Below, piece by piece: positions 26,263 to 35,922 of a DNA stretch of 64,000 nt (positions within the stretch are counted from its first letter, which is position 1; each line of letters begins with the position of its first letter). Under the pieces are notes generated by a model that saw only the letters and a program-made list of their open reading frames with translations, searched no databases and was not told where the DNA came from. The stretch is from positions 160,001 to 224,000 of the IMG/VR virus record IMGVR_UViG_2974670102_000001; one strand, given 5' to 3'. The position numbers and the translations under genes are program-made. The DNA is from a virus. Lineage: Duplodnaviria; Caudoviricetes.

Positions 26263-28698
26263 TTACGCGGAGCCCTTCAGGGTGAAGGCCGCGCTTGCGA
26301 GTGCTGTGTCGGCTGCGAGCGGGCCGACAACCAGCAGCGTGTCGCCTGCTGCCAGATTAAGGGCTGACGCCATCGTAAAGGTGGGCCGATTTGCGCCTAC
26401 CGCCCAGTTGATGGTGCCTACCGTCGTTGCCGTCGTGCTACCAGCCGGGATGCGCTGGATGTTGAACGTGGTAGCCGCAGCCGCGCCCGTCTGCGCATAA
26501 CCAGAACTGCCGGTCAAGCCAGCCGGAAGTGTGACTGCACGCGTGATCGGCATTTGCAGCACGATCTGCGAAGCCGTCATGGTGCCGCTCACACCGCCTG
26601 CAATGTCGTACGCCTGTGCAGGAGAGGTGCCGCTAACCTTGATCCAGTTCGTGTTGAACGCCAGCACCATATCCCCGACAGCCCAGCTACTCGTACCGTC
26701 TAGGCTGGTAGTACCGGCCACCGTTACTCGGTAGGCCGAACCGTTGCCCGGAACAGTCTGGTACACTTGCTGGCCTGCGGCCTGACGGAATGCCGTATCG
26801 ATGGTTTGCTGACCGCCCGTCAACAGCGCCGTGTTCGGGTCGATGGTGCCAAGACCCTGATACTGGGACACGTGGTTAGCGCTGGCATCCCAGTCACCGA
26901 TCACGTACACGGCCCCGAGAGGCAGTTGTGCGCGAGGCACGCGACCATACACGTAGCCATCTGTGGGGCCCGCGCTGCCCGTGTTCTGGTCAAGCGTGGC
27001 CACGCCTCCGGGCTGACCCTTCTGCGTAGTGGGTATAGCACCAACGTCGGAGGCGCTGAGCACTATGTTGGCATTGCTGTAACCGTTGACTGTTTGAATC
27101 TGGGTCTTCAGCAGGCCCGTTGAGTCGACGGTTAGACCCGCGCCCACGATCACGGCACCCAGTGTCGTGGTCGTCGCAATCGGAATCGAGCCGTTAGGAA
27201 CCGTGTTCCATGCACCCCACGTGTTGTTGACGCACGCGCGGTAGGCCATGCGCGTGCCCGATTTCCACGTTTGCACCACATCACCGCCAGTTCCCGTTGT
27301 CGTGAACGGCGCGACTTCTAGGATAGCAGCATCGGTTGCTGCGTTCGGCTTATTGAAGAGTGAGCTAACATCGGCAGAAAGCACAAAAAACAGGCCGGTC
27401 TGCTTATAAGCATTCATGTCAGCAGCGGCCGGTATTCTTGTTGGATGAACAAGACCAACTGTGGTATCCTGCACGACCACGTTTCCGTTTGCGTCGGGAC
27501 CCACACCATTCACAGTCATCACGGGGCTGATGCCTAGGTCGATGGTGCCGTCCCCAGCAATCGTGATGTGGCCGTTGGTCGGGGCCTTCACACCACCAAG
27601 CGTTGTGGTAGTGGCCACCGGCAGCGTGTACGGCACCGGCTTGTTTATCAGGTCGTTGTAGTCACCCGTGGCCGCTACCCGCGCCGCATCCGGAATGTCC
27701 CCGATCTTCAGGTTCACGTCCCCGGTCTTTCCGTTGACGCTGGTAACCGGGAAGATGCTCGAATTCACGTCCAGCACGCCTTGCGGAGTGATGGTCAGCG
27801 TGTTGCCCACGATCACGGCACCAAGATCAGTGTGCGTTGCAATCGGCAGGTTCGGAATCGTGGTGCTAAGTGCCTGTCGGCCGAACACCACGATTTTGTC
27901 ACCGACCGCAGGCAACTGCGCCAGCGGAGACGAAAACTGGAGCGTGGCGTCGGTCGAGGTCGTGATGACGCCCGTGACGTAGCGACAGAAGCTGAAGTTC
28001 TGGCCCGTCGCAAATTCAGCAATGATCTCGCCTGTGTACGCGGGGCTCATGCCCGGCACGTAGTCAGCAAGCGCGATCTTCACGGATTGCGTACCGACAC
28101 CTGTGATCGTGGCCAGCGCCTGATATGCGTAGTCGTACGCATCAAAGTTCCAGAGGCCGGAGCGGTCGGTGTAGGCTATGAACGCGGACTGTTTCTGGTC
28201 GACGCCCGTGATGATGTAAGCGTTCGGCGTTGCGTTGCTCGATTGCGGCAACTGATCCGGAGACCCGAGAACCGCCATCCGAAACTGGTTGTTCGATTCA
28301 GCCGTGTCGAGCCACATTTCGTAGTTCGTATCCACGACCGACAGGAATTCGTCGATGCGAATGGCGTTGCCGAGGCCCGGGCTCGATACCGATTCCTTTG
28401 TGATCAGTTTGTTCGAGACCGCGAGCGAGAAAAGTGTGTTGCCCACGTACATACCGATCTCACCGAACGCAAACGGGCCGAGTGAGTAATCGAGGTACGC
28501 GCTGTACTTCACGACGTTCGGATTTACTACGAACGGTGCTGTCGGCACGCCCTCGTAAATAGTATTGCCGTGGATATCAACGTCGCTTGGGCTTGGCGTG
28601 TAGTTGTACTGGTCGCCAATTTTGAACGACGTGATGGTGATCGGGCCGGTGGCCGCCCTGATCAGGGCTTCCCCGGCCGTTGTGAGTTGTACGAACAT
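26263..28698 (-). CDS. Second baseplate-anchored tail fibre
   Basis: N-terminal anchor homologous to 5558..7303; LP.AT...LG.V repeats, knob domain, C-terminal QAYDI domain. Confidence 0.85.
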   Translation of the reverse strand: MFVQLTTAGEALIRAATGPITITSFKIGDQYNYTPSPSDVDIHGNTIYEGVPTAPFVVNPNVVKYSAYLDYSLGPFAFGEIGMYVGNTLFSLAVSNKLITKESVSSPGLGNAIRIDEFLSVVDTNYEMWLDTAESNNQFRMAVLGSPDQLPQSSNATPNAYIITGVDQKQSAFIAYTDRSGLWNFDAYDYAYQALATITGVGTQSVKIALADYVPGMSPAYTGEIIAEFATGQNFSFCRYVTGVITTSTDATLQFSSPLAQLPAVGDKIVVFGRQALSTTIPNLPIATHTDLGAVIVGNTLTITPQGVLDVNSSIFPVTSVNGKTGDVNLKIGDIPDAARVAATGDYNDLINKPVPYTLPVATTTTLGGVKAPTNGHITIAGDGTIDLGISPVMTVNGVGPDANGNVVVQDTTVGLVHPTRIPAAADMNAYKQTGLFFVLSADVSSLFNKPNAATDAAILEVAPFTTTGTGGDVVQTWKSGTRMAYRACVNNTWGAWNTVPNGSIPIATTTTLGAVIVGAGLTVDSTGLLKTQIQTVNGYSNANIVLSASDVGAIPTTQKGQPGGVATLDQNTGSAGPTDGYVYGRVPRAQLPLGAVYVIGDWDASANHVSQYQGLGTIDPNTALLTGGQQTIDTAFRQAAGQQVYQTVPGNGSAYRVTVAGTTSLDGTSSWAVGDMVLAFNTNWIKVSGTSPAQAYDIAGGVSGTMTASQIVLQMPITRAVTLPAGLTGSSGYAQTGAAAATTFNIQRIPAGSTTATTVGTINWAVGANRPTFTMASALNLAAGDTLLVVGPLAADTALASAAFTLKGSA

Positions 28699-28730
28699 AG
28701 TTTCTCCTGACGTGTTGTTTGCGTCTCCTT

Positions 28731-28739
28731 ATTAAATTG
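28731..28739 (-). promoter_or_regulatory. Candidate late-promoter motif CAATTTAAT
   Basis: About 30 nt upstream of the fibre ATG. Confidence 0.55.
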
Positions 28740-28744
28740 ACAAG

Positions 28745-29674
28745 ATGGCAATCCTCAAACCGATAGCCACGCAAACCCTTGCACGCTCGATCACGAAGCT
28801 GTACAGGGATGCCGTGGCAAATTACCACAGGGCCGAACTCGGGGACCCGACGCGCGTGCTGTTCTTGCGCCCGTCGCAACTCCCGTTCTGCCCAGCCGAC
28901 TTTTTCGTCCAAAACGCGGCCCACGGGACGATGCGCAGCCTAGATTTTGCAGGCTGCTTCTACACCAGTGTCGGGACCGTGGTCCACGAGGTGTTGCAGC
29001 AAGCGCTGTGTCTCTCGGGCAAGCTGCTGGCCAATTACGAGTGCAAAGAATGCGGAACGTGGCACAACATGTCGTACAAGTACGAATGCTGCGGATTCCC
29101 CACGACCTACCACGAACTGAGCATCAAGTACAAGGGCATCAGCGGCCACATCGACGGCGTGCTCGACATGGGTGACGGCACGCACTCGGTCATCGACTTC
29201 AAGACGACGGGCGTCAATGCGGCGGCCAAGAAAGCGAAAGACCCGGGTGTCGTGTACGTCGAACAGATCGAGGCGTACGCCGTACTTCTCGAACTTCAGT
29301 ACGGGTTGAAAATTTCAGGAATTTCTGATATCTTCGTGCTTCGCGACAATCCGACCAAGGACCCTGCGATCTTCACGCGCGCGATCACGGATGAACGCCG
29401 GTCGGTGATCAAGAAGCGGCTGAAACGCTACCTGAAGATGCACCGCGAGACGTTGGACGTGTCGACGCTGAAAGAGGCGCTGGCGCTGCTCGAATACGAC
29501 CGGTGCACCAACCCCTACTGCCCGGTCTGCAAGCTGGATGACGAAGGCCGACGCAGGGAAATCAAGAAAGCGTACAAGCTCGGCAAAGCCGCTGGCCACG
29601 TCCCGATACGGGGCATGGCAGAGCGTGCAGTCGCAGCCAAAGCCGCAAGCAGCAAGAAAAAGAAAGCCGCCTAG
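28745..29674 (+). CDS. Stand-alone Cas4-like PD-(D/E)xK exonuclease
   Basis: PSQLPFCP, GT.VHE, GHIDG, IDFKT, Q..AY, C-terminal C....C..C; extra CKEC..ECC insert. Confidence 0.85.
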   Translation: MAILKPIATQTLARSITKLYRDAVANYHRAELGDPTRVLFLRPSQLPFCPADFFVQNAAHGTMRSLDFAGCFYTSVGTVVHEVLQQALCLSGKLLANYECKECGTWHNMSYKYECCGFPTTYHELSIKYKGISGHIDGVLDMGDGTHSVIDFKTTGVNAAAKKAKDPGVVYVEQIEAYAVLLELQYGLKISGISDIFVLRDNPTKDPAIFTRAITDERRSVIKKRLKRYLKMHRETLDVSTLKEALALLEYDRCTNPYCPVCKLDDEGRRREIKKAYKLGKAAGHVPIRGMAERAVAAKAASSKKKKAA

Positions 29675-29687
29675 TAAATAGGTGGTG

Positions 29688-29710
29688 CAGGGGCCTAGGC
29701 CCCTGTTTTT
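29688..29710 (+). terminator. Intrinsic terminator
   Basis: CAGGGGC/GCCCCTG plus TTTTT. Confidence 0.75.
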
Positions 29711-29725
29711 CGTTCTGGAGGAAGA

Positions 29726-29941
29726 ATGGATTACGTTGTACGGTATCAACGACGCTGTATCCCAAGCGCTGATCGCATGCGCCCGATGGCCCAGTTCCCG
29801 GGTGTCGTAAAGCTGGATCGGATCGCGATGACGCTCGTGCGTGTCACGTGTGAGGGCGACCACGCGGCGTTTCTCGCGGCCACCGATCCGGGAGGCCCGA
29901 CCTACGACTGGAAACGGATGCCGCAGGATCAGGGAAAGTGA
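29726..29941 (+). CDS. Hypothetical protein
   Basis: GGAGG SD, coupled to the next gene. Confidence 0.6.
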   Translation: MDYVVRYQRRCIPSADRMRPMAQFPGVVKLDRIAMTLVRVTCEGDHAAFLAATDPGGPTYDWKRMPQDQGK

Positions 29942-30258
29942 ATCACCCGCTTGTCCGTAACCAAAAAGACGAGTATGATGTGTACATTGGCCGACCCTCG
30001 CGTTGGGGAAATCCGTTTTCCCTTGAGGGCGGCACTCGCAAGCAGGTTCTAGCCCTGCATCGTAAGTGGATCGACGGCCTGATTGAAGCGCCGTGCGGAA
30101 CACGACCTCCAACCCGCGCTGAAATACGCAGAGAGTTGCGTGGCAAACGCTTGGGCTGCTTCTGCCGCCCGCGCGCCTGTCACGGTGACTATCTTGCGGA
30201 GATCGCGAACGCGAGCACTGGAGGTGGTCTTTTTGCCAATGTGAGGAAAAAGTCTTGA
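29938..30258 (+). CDS. DUF4326 family protein
   Basis: YDVYIGRPSRWGNPF...ELRGKRLGCFC.P.ACHGD.L. Confidence 0.9.
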   Translation: MNHPLVRNQKDEYDVYIGRPSRWGNPFSLEGGTRKQVLALHRKWIDGLIEAPCGTRPPTRAEIRRELRGKRLGCFCRPRACHGDYLAEIANASTGGGLFANVRKKS

Positions 30259-30431
30259 CCCTTGACGAATTTGCCGGAGATTGGCAGCAGTTGATCAAGA
30301 ACTTCGTTGCCGACTACAAGGACGGCGCACGTAAAACCAAGCAGACGCAGGTGCGTCCTGCTGAACAATGGATGGAGTTACTGGATGAGTACGTTGAACA
30401 GCGCACTGACTTCGGCGGCCTTCGTCGATAA
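30255..30431 (+). CDS. Small hypothetical protein (58 aa, not in the ORF track)
   Basis: GAGGA SD, TTG overlapping the previous stop; MTLDEFAGDWQQLIKNFVADYK... Confidence 0.55.
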   Translation: MTLDEFAGDWQQLIKNFVADYKDGARKTKQTQVRPAEQWMELLDEYVEQRTDFGGLRR

Positions 30432-30693
30432 CGCGGCGCATCGCTCACTGGGCGGCGCTCTCGCGGATTTCATACACACCACGGCCTCGCGCTCTGGATT
30501 CGTGCGCTCGCTGTTCGAGTGGATCGAGTTCGACAAGACCAATCACACGTGTCCTGAGTACGGGCGCGACGAGTGGACGGTGGCGCGCCGTATCCTGAAC
30601 CGGGCGAAGAAGCGACACGCCATGATCAACCTCACGTACACCGAGCGCCTACGCTGCGTGCTGCGTGAAATTCGGAGAACCAAGTACCAATGA
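30385..30693 (+). CDS. Hypothetical protein
   Basis: GGAG SD before ATG 30385; ATGA coupling downstream. Confidence 0.6.
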   Translation: MSTLNSALTSAAFVDNAAHRSLGGALADFIHTTASRSGFVRSLFEWIEFDKTNHTCPEYGRDEWTVARRILNRAKKRHAMINLTYTERLRCVLREIRRTKYQ

Positions 30694-30920
30694 AGATCAG
30701 ACGAATCTCAGTGTCCCTGTCGAAGACGATTCAGGCGGCACGGTTCGAGCCCGTTGAAGTCGGCTTCTCTGTAGACGCCGATCTCGAAGATGACGATGAC
30801 ATTGCAGAGGCGCGTGCCGAACTCTACAAGGAAGCATCGAAGTCGGTGCGGCTGATGATGAAGCGCGATCTCAAGACGTGGCGCGCAGAACACGACCAAT
30901 GGCATGAGGAAAATTCGTGA
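30690..30920 (+). CDS. Small hypothetical protein
   Basis: I.VS.SKTI....FEP.EV pattern common in phage small proteins. Confidence 0.65.
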   Translation: MKIRRISVSLSKTIQAARFEPVEVGFSVDADLEDDDDIAEARAELYKEASKSVRLMMKRDLKTWRAEHDQWHEENS

Positions 30921-31159
30921 TGACTACAGAAGATGTGAAGCAAGCATTCGCCACATTCCGGTCTACCGGCACCGTGAGCGTGATGAAGACTGCCGTCGAC
31001 GCGCTGGTGTCGGACGCCAAGTTCCTCGTCAAGTCCGGTGAGTTCGACATTCTTCCGGGTGACGCGCAGGACCACATCGAGCAGGCAGAAGATGCGCTAC
31101 GCAGTGCCGCGTGGTATCTGGATGCCGCTCTGTACGCACTCGGGAACTCGCGCCAATGA
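30917..31159 (+). CDS. Hypothetical protein
   Basis: Coupled ORF. Confidence 0.6.
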   Translation: MMTTEDVKQAFATFRSTGTVSVMKTAVDALVSDAKFLVKSGEFDILPGDAQDHIEQAEDALRSAAWYLDAALYALGNSRQ

Positions 31160-31341
31160 CACCGCAGCAACTGAAGAAAGCAGCGATGTACCTGTGCGCG
31201 CTGCGCGGACTCGATCCGAACGAGTTGGTGGCCCCAGACCCGAACGCACACCACACCGTCTACCAGTGGCGTCTGGCCGCTGACGAGATCGAGGCGCACC
31301 AGCAAATCGAAGCCGCTATCTACCACGCAACAAAAGGGTAA
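31156..31341 (+). CDS. Hypothetical protein
   Basis: ATGA overlap. Confidence 0.55.
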   Translation: MTPQQLKKAAMYLCALRGLDPNELVAPDPNAHHTVYQWRLAADEIEAHQQIEAAIYHATKG

Positions 31342-31344
31342 TTG

Positions 31345-32499
31345 ATGTTCGCAAACGCAAAGAAGAAAACCGCAGCCACAACCGTGGACACGGAGCAGCA
31401 TGCGCTGCATCGCAAGTACCGTCCGACGAAACTCGACCGCTATCTGGGTCAGGAAGCTGTGGTGACGCGCATCCGTGGCATGCTCGAAACCGGAAAAATT
31501 CCGAGCGCGATGGCGTTCTTCGGACCGCGTGCCGCAGGCAAGACGACGCTCGCGCGTATCATCGCGACCGAGGTCAACGGTAAGCCTGTCGAGAAGCAGG
31601 GCGACTACAAGGAACTGAACGCCGCGACCCAGAAGGGCATCGACGACGTACGGGAACTCGAAAAGCTGTCGAAGTTCCGCGCCATGTCAAAGCGCCGCTT
31701 CATCGTCATCGACGAGGCCCAGCAATGGCTGTCGAACGCACAGGCGGCACAGGCCGTACTCAAGCCGCTGGAAGAGCCGTCGAAGGATACGACGTGGATC
31801 ATCTGTTCGATGGAGCCGGAGCGCTTCAACGCCACTGAAGTAGGCCGCGCCATCCTCTCGCGCTGCACCCAGTACGTGCTGGACGCGCCCACGGTTTCCG
31901 ATCTCGGGAAGCAGGCCCTGCGAATCGCCAAGGGCGAGGGCATGGACTACGTGCTGGACGAAGATCGCGCGATCATCAAGCAGGTGGCCAAGAACTGCAA
32001 CGGGAACATGCGTGAACTCGCAAACCTGATGCAGTCGCTCCAGCAGTTCTACGACGGCATTCAGGGCAAGAAGCCCAAGCTTCTGACGCCGGAGGACGTG
32101 ACCACAGCAATCGCAAGTACCGTTAGCGCCGACGAGAAGCTGGCAATCCAGTTCATGGTCGCTGCGTACTCGCGCAACTACGCAGATGCGTACGCGGCCC
32201 TGCTCGACGTGAGCGATCAGTTCGGATTCGTGAAGAAGCTGGTGTGGATCGCCCAGTTCATCATGGGCATGGACGTGCTCAACGGGGCCAAGCATCCGAA
32301 GCTGTGGTGGAACACGGCAAACAAGGCGGTGTACGCGGAAGTCAAGAAGATGGGCCTGAACCGTGGCTTCAAGGCCGCTGTGCTGGCCAAGCTTCTGCAC
32401 GTGCAGGCACAGGCAGGTCAGTTTGCGATCCCCGCTACCGATCTGCTGGCCGCACACTCGTACGACCTTTTCATCGAACTCGACCGACACGCAAAGTAA
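31345..32499 (+). CDS. dnaX: Clamp loader ATPase, DNA Pol III gamma/tau-like
   Basis: LHRKYRP, GQ, Walker A GPRAAGKTT, ELNAA, GIDDVR, IDEA, LKPLEEP, ILSRC, GNMR. Confidence 0.93.
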   Translation: MFANAKKKTAATTVDTEQHALHRKYRPTKLDRYLGQEAVVTRIRGMLETGKIPSAMAFFGPRAAGKTTLARIIATEVNGKPVEKQGDYKELNAATQKGIDDVRELEKLSKFRAMSKRRFIVIDEAQQWLSNAQAAQAVLKPLEEPSKDTTWIICSMEPERFNATEVGRAILSRCTQYVLDAPTVSDLGKQALRIAKGEGMDYVLDEDRAIIKQVAKNCNGNMRELANLMQSLQQFYDGIQGKKPKLLTPEDVTTAIASTVSADEKLAIQFMVAAYSRNYADAYAALLDVSDQFGFVKKLVWIAQFIMGMDVLNGAKHPKLWWNTANKAVYAEVKKMGLNRGFKAAVLAKLLHVQAQAGQFAIPATDLLAAHSYDLFIELDRHAK

Positions 32500-32502
32500 C
32501 CT

Positions 32503-34755
32503 ATGCACCACATCTACACGTTGCTGCTCGAAAAGGTAGGGCCCTTTCAGAAGCGCACTGTCTTCAACATACCGCCCGGCGTAAGCACGATTTACGGGCT
32601 CAACCGCGCCTCCGGAAAAGCCTCGAAGAACAGTAACGGGGTGGGTAAGTCGTTCTTGCTTTCGATGATTCCTGAAATCATCCACGACGTTCCGCAACTC
32701 GGTGAGAAGTCGGATCGCGTGAAGCAAGGCATCAAGGAACTGCGCTTCAAGAGCCACGGCGGCAAGGAAGTGATCGCGCGCCGTGCGTCGCGTGGCAAGA
32801 CCGATAAGCTGGAACTCTCGATCAACGGCAAGGAGAAGGAAATCCGGACCGTGGCCGAGGCCAAGCGCGTGCTCGCGCGTCTGTTCCCGCTCACCGAGGC
32901 CGACTATCGAACGTACGTGTCCATCGACGCGCGGGTCCCGCACCCACTGGTCATGGGCTCTGGTGCCGAGCGCAAGGCATTCCTTACCGAGTTCTTCGGG
33001 CTCGACAAGCTGGACGCCGAACGCAAGCTGTATGTTGCTGAGTTGTCCAAACTTTCGAAGGTTCGTGCTGCCTACGACGAGTTGCGTGCACAGATCGAGC
33101 GCGCCCGCGAAGACCTGCTTGATCGCGAAACGCTGGACCGGTTGAAGAAACGCGCGGCCACCATCAAGAAGAAACTGTCCGCGCTACAAGCGCTGTTCAC
33201 GGAGGCGCAGGAAACAACGCGTCTCGTGGCGTTTGCTGAGTCGATGGGTCCGCAGGTGGGAATCATCCAGAACGCTATCGGAGAGATCACCGAAGAATCG
33301 TTTGCAGATCATGTGGCGCAGATCAAGTACGAGTACGAGCAGACGAAGGCCAACATCGAGGAAGCCGAGGCGTACGAGCAATACAAAAAGGACGTGGCAC
33401 GCTACAATGAGGCACTGTCCAAGGTTAGCGAATCCACCCAATCTCTTGTCGAAACGAGTGGACGCGATCTCGCGGTCGAAATGGCCAAGAACGCGTACGA
33501 CGCATACATGCAATTGCAGGGGAAGGTGCGCGTGCTCGAAGCACAAGTGGCCGAGTTGCAGGAAGAAGTAGACGCCGAGTTGCCGGAGCGCGTTAAGCGG
33601 CCGGATGAAAACGAGGCCGATCTTGAGACACTGGTTCGTGTGTACGAGCACCAGATCGAGCACGCCGAGAAGTTCTCAGAAGGTAAGTGCGAGACCTGCG
33701 GCCAGACCGTGGTCATCAAGGACCCGAAAGTTTTGGCCAAGCGCCTGAAGATCGCAAAGCAGAAGCTTTCGGCCCACGCGAAGTACGAGGCATACCGGAA
33801 GGCCCGGGCCGCGCAGCAGAAGGCCGAGGTTCAGTTGAACGCCGCGCAGTCAGAGTTGGGGCGTGTAAAAGCCCAGCAGAAAAAGCACCGGGCTAACGCA
33901 AAGGCACACAGGGAACTGGCAGCACTTCCCCCGGAGCCCGAAGAGTTCACGGGCAAGAAGCTGGAATTGAAGGTGCTGCGTCGCATGCTGGAAGAGATCA
34001 CGGAACGCCGGTCGCTGCTGCGACAACTGGCCGACCACCTCGATACCATCATCGCGATTCAGAAGCTGAAGAAATCGGATATGGAGATCGTGAAGCGTGC
34101 TGAAGAAGCAGCTTCCCAGATGAGCGATCTTCAGGAGCGGCTGTCGAGCGCTCAGGCCAAGATCGAAATGCACCGCACCGTCCGCGCCCGCATCGCGGAC
34201 ATGAAGGAGCGGGTAGCAGAAATGGAGGCACAGCTTGCCGAGGAAGAGGCGCTGAAGCACTTGGTTCAGGGCTTCCAAGACAAGAACCTGAAGAAGATGG
34301 CTATCGAGGCTATCAGTCAACGCCTGATGGTCCTGATCAACCGGTATGCGTCGCGTGTGTTCCCAGAAGCATTTCAGTTCGAGTTCCAGTGGGACACGGA
34401 CATCAGGATCATCGTGCACCGGCCGAACGGCAAAGAGCCGTCGGACGTGCGTAAACTGAGCGGGGCTGAGGCCGCGATCTTCACGTTGGTGATCGTGTGT
34501 GCGCTGCTCAACTTCGTGCCCGATCACAAGCGGTGCTCGCTCATGGTTCTGGACGAGCCCGACGCACATATGAGCCCAGAAATGGCCGAAGCCATGTATA
34601 ATGTGGTGAAGATTCTCAACACGATGGTGCCGTCTATCGTGATCATCACGCCAAAGACGGACCGCGTGTTCCAAGACTCGAAGCCATTCACGATTGTCAA
34701 GGACGCAAGCGGCGATTCACGTATCGTAGAGGGCTTCCCTCACGAGGTAAAGTAA
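32503..34755 (+). CDS. sbcC: SbcC/Rad50/gp46-like SMC ATPase
   Basis: Walker A NGVGKS, coiled coils with CETCGQ zinc hook, LSGAE signature, LDEP Walker B. Confidence 0.92.
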   Translation: MHHIYTLLLEKVGPFQKRTVFNIPPGVSTIYGLNRASGKASKNSNGVGKSFLLSMIPEIIHDVPQLGEKSDRVKQGIKELRFKSHGGKEVIARRASRGKTDKLELSINGKEKEIRTVAEAKRVLARLFPLTEADYRTYVSIDARVPHPLVMGSGAERKAFLTEFFGLDKLDAERKLYVAELSKLSKVRAAYDELRAQIERAREDLLDRETLDRLKKRAATIKKKLSALQALFTEAQETTRLVAFAESMGPQVGIIQNAIGEITEESFADHVAQIKYEYEQTKANIEEAEAYEQYKKDVARYNEALSKVSESTQSLVETSGRDLAVEMAKNAYDAYMQLQGKVRVLEAQVAELQEEVDAELPERVKRPDENEADLETLVRVYEHQIEHAEKFSEGKCETCGQTVVIKDPKVLAKRLKIAKQKLSAHAKYEAYRKARAAQQKAEVQLNAAQSELGRVKAQQKKHRANAKAHRELAALPPEPEEFTGKKLELKVLRRMLEEITERRSLLRQLADHLDTIIAIQKLKKSDMEIVKRAEEAASQMSDLQERLSSAQAKIEMHRTVRARIADMKERVAEMEAQLAEEEALKHLVQGFQDKNLKKMAIEAISQRLMVLINRYASRVFPEAFQFEFQWDTDIRIIVHRPNGKEPSDVRKLSGAEAAIFTLVIVCALLNFVPDHKRCSLMVLDEPDAHMSPEMAEAMYNVVKILNTMVPSIVIITPKTDRVFQDSKPFTIVKDASGDSRIVEGFPHEVK

Positions 34756-34765
34756 GGAGAAGCAA

Positions 34766-35488
34766 ATGGTATTGAATGCGTACGGACTTGTCGACGCGTC
34801 TCCGATTCAGGTGTCGGAGACGCTGCGCGCCCTGAACCTGAGCCACACGTTTGTAGGCGGCTTCGGTCGCACGACGCACACGACAATTGATGGCCTGTCG
34901 GCAGAACAGCCGGTATGGCCAATCATCATCGACCGGGTGCGCAACATCCACAAGGTGAGCGTGCCATACGACCGGCTCGTCTACTTCGTGTGCGACGCGC
35001 GGGCCCCGCTTAGCCTGTGCAACGTTGACCAGTCCCTGTGGCCCGAGAAGCGCGAGGGTGATCTTGACACGGCGGTGATGAATGCACTACGCGCCCTGAA
35101 TCCGGAGCCCGGAATCGAGTGGTCGCTGACGATGCAAGAGCCCACGCTCGACGACTACGTGGGTCAGGCAGCGCAGCCGTCGTTCCTGAACCTGATGCAG
35201 GGTATCACCTGCAAGATCAACCCCTACTCATTGCGCAAGGAAGCGCAGCGTATGGCTGTGGCGTATTTGGCGTCCGGCATCAGCCGACTGGCGTTGCGCC
35301 GCGCGTACCGTGGGAATTCGAAGCTCGTCGACCTGATGACGATTCTTGATTCACCGGACGCCCTGAACCTGCGCAATGCCGTGGTGGCGGCCCGTACTAG
35401 CACGCCGGATCGTGTGGCCCCGGAATTCGGAGTCCACAGCTTCGAAATCTCGTACATCATGCGTTCGTTCGCGACCAACGGCACCTAA
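34766..35488 (+). CDS. Hypothetical replication-associated protein (possibly accessory clamp-loader subunit)
   Basis: AAGGAG SD; function inferred from context only. Confidence 0.5.
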   Translation: MVLNAYGLVDASPIQVSETLRALNLSHTFVGGFGRTTHTTIDGLSAEQPVWPIIIDRVRNIHKVSVPYDRLVYFVCDARAPLSLCNVDQSLWPEKREGDLDTAVMNALRALNPEPGIEWSLTMQEPTLDDYVGQAAQPSFLNLMQGITCKINPYSLRKEAQRMAVAYLASGISRLALRRAYRGNSKLVDLMTILDSPDALNLRNAVVAARTSTPDRVAPEFGVHSFEISYIMRSFATNGT

Positions 35489-35496
35489 TTTAATAG
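35486..35496 (+). promoter_or_regulatory. Candidate late-promoter motif TAATTTAATAG
   Basis: Same core as AATTTAATAG at 2435 upstream of gp25. Confidence 0.55.
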
Positions 35497-35541
35497 GGCT
35501 GAAGTGTGAAAGCCCACGCTTCATCTGATAGGAGAACTCTT

Positions 35542-35910
35542 ATGGCTTCGTACATCCGGCTGTATCTCGTTCCCGTCAATGGCGTTCAGCAGGTGATCGA
35601 CGTGGACGCGACACTGCTGGTACGCAACGGCGGAAAGTTCGAGCCCCCGCAAATAGCGAGCGCAATCGATCTGGTGAAGGTGCCGAGCACCAACACCTTC
35701 ACGCCGTTTGTTCCCGGTGCCGTGGACGTTACGCTCACGACACCAAACGTATGGAACGTGCGTGTATGCTGGCGCGAGCCCGTCGGAACCGACGATAACC
35801 CGAGCACCGAGATCGTGACGACCACCGACCCATCGGGCGGTGAGTGCGTATGCGGTATTACGTGCGATGGTGTCGCTATCACCTATGTCCCTGTTATCAA
35901 CGTGTACTAA
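35542..35910 (+). CDS. Probable virion protein
   Basis: Beta-rich, T/V/P-rich; downstream of late motif; AGGAG SD. Confidence 0.55.
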   Translation: MASYIRLYLVPVNGVQQVIDVDATLLVRNGGKFEPPQIASAIDLVKVPSTNTFTPFVPGAVDVTLTTPNVWNVRVCWREPVGTDDNPSTEIVTTTDPSGGECVCGITCDGVAITYVPVINVY

Positions 35911-35922
35911 GGAGTACCACAA

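Noticed and set aside
21080-28698. Diversity-generating retroelement or invertible fibre cassette
   Set aside because: Fibre repeats are degenerate protein-level repeats; no reverse transcriptase, invertase or adenine-specific TR/VR pair seen
28700-30300. CRISPR array or cas operon near the Cas4-like gene
   Set aside because: No repeat-spacer pattern or other cas gene seen anywhere in the window
31345-32499. Programmed frameshift in dnaX
   Set aside because: ORF is gamma-length with no tau extension; SbcC starts immediately after
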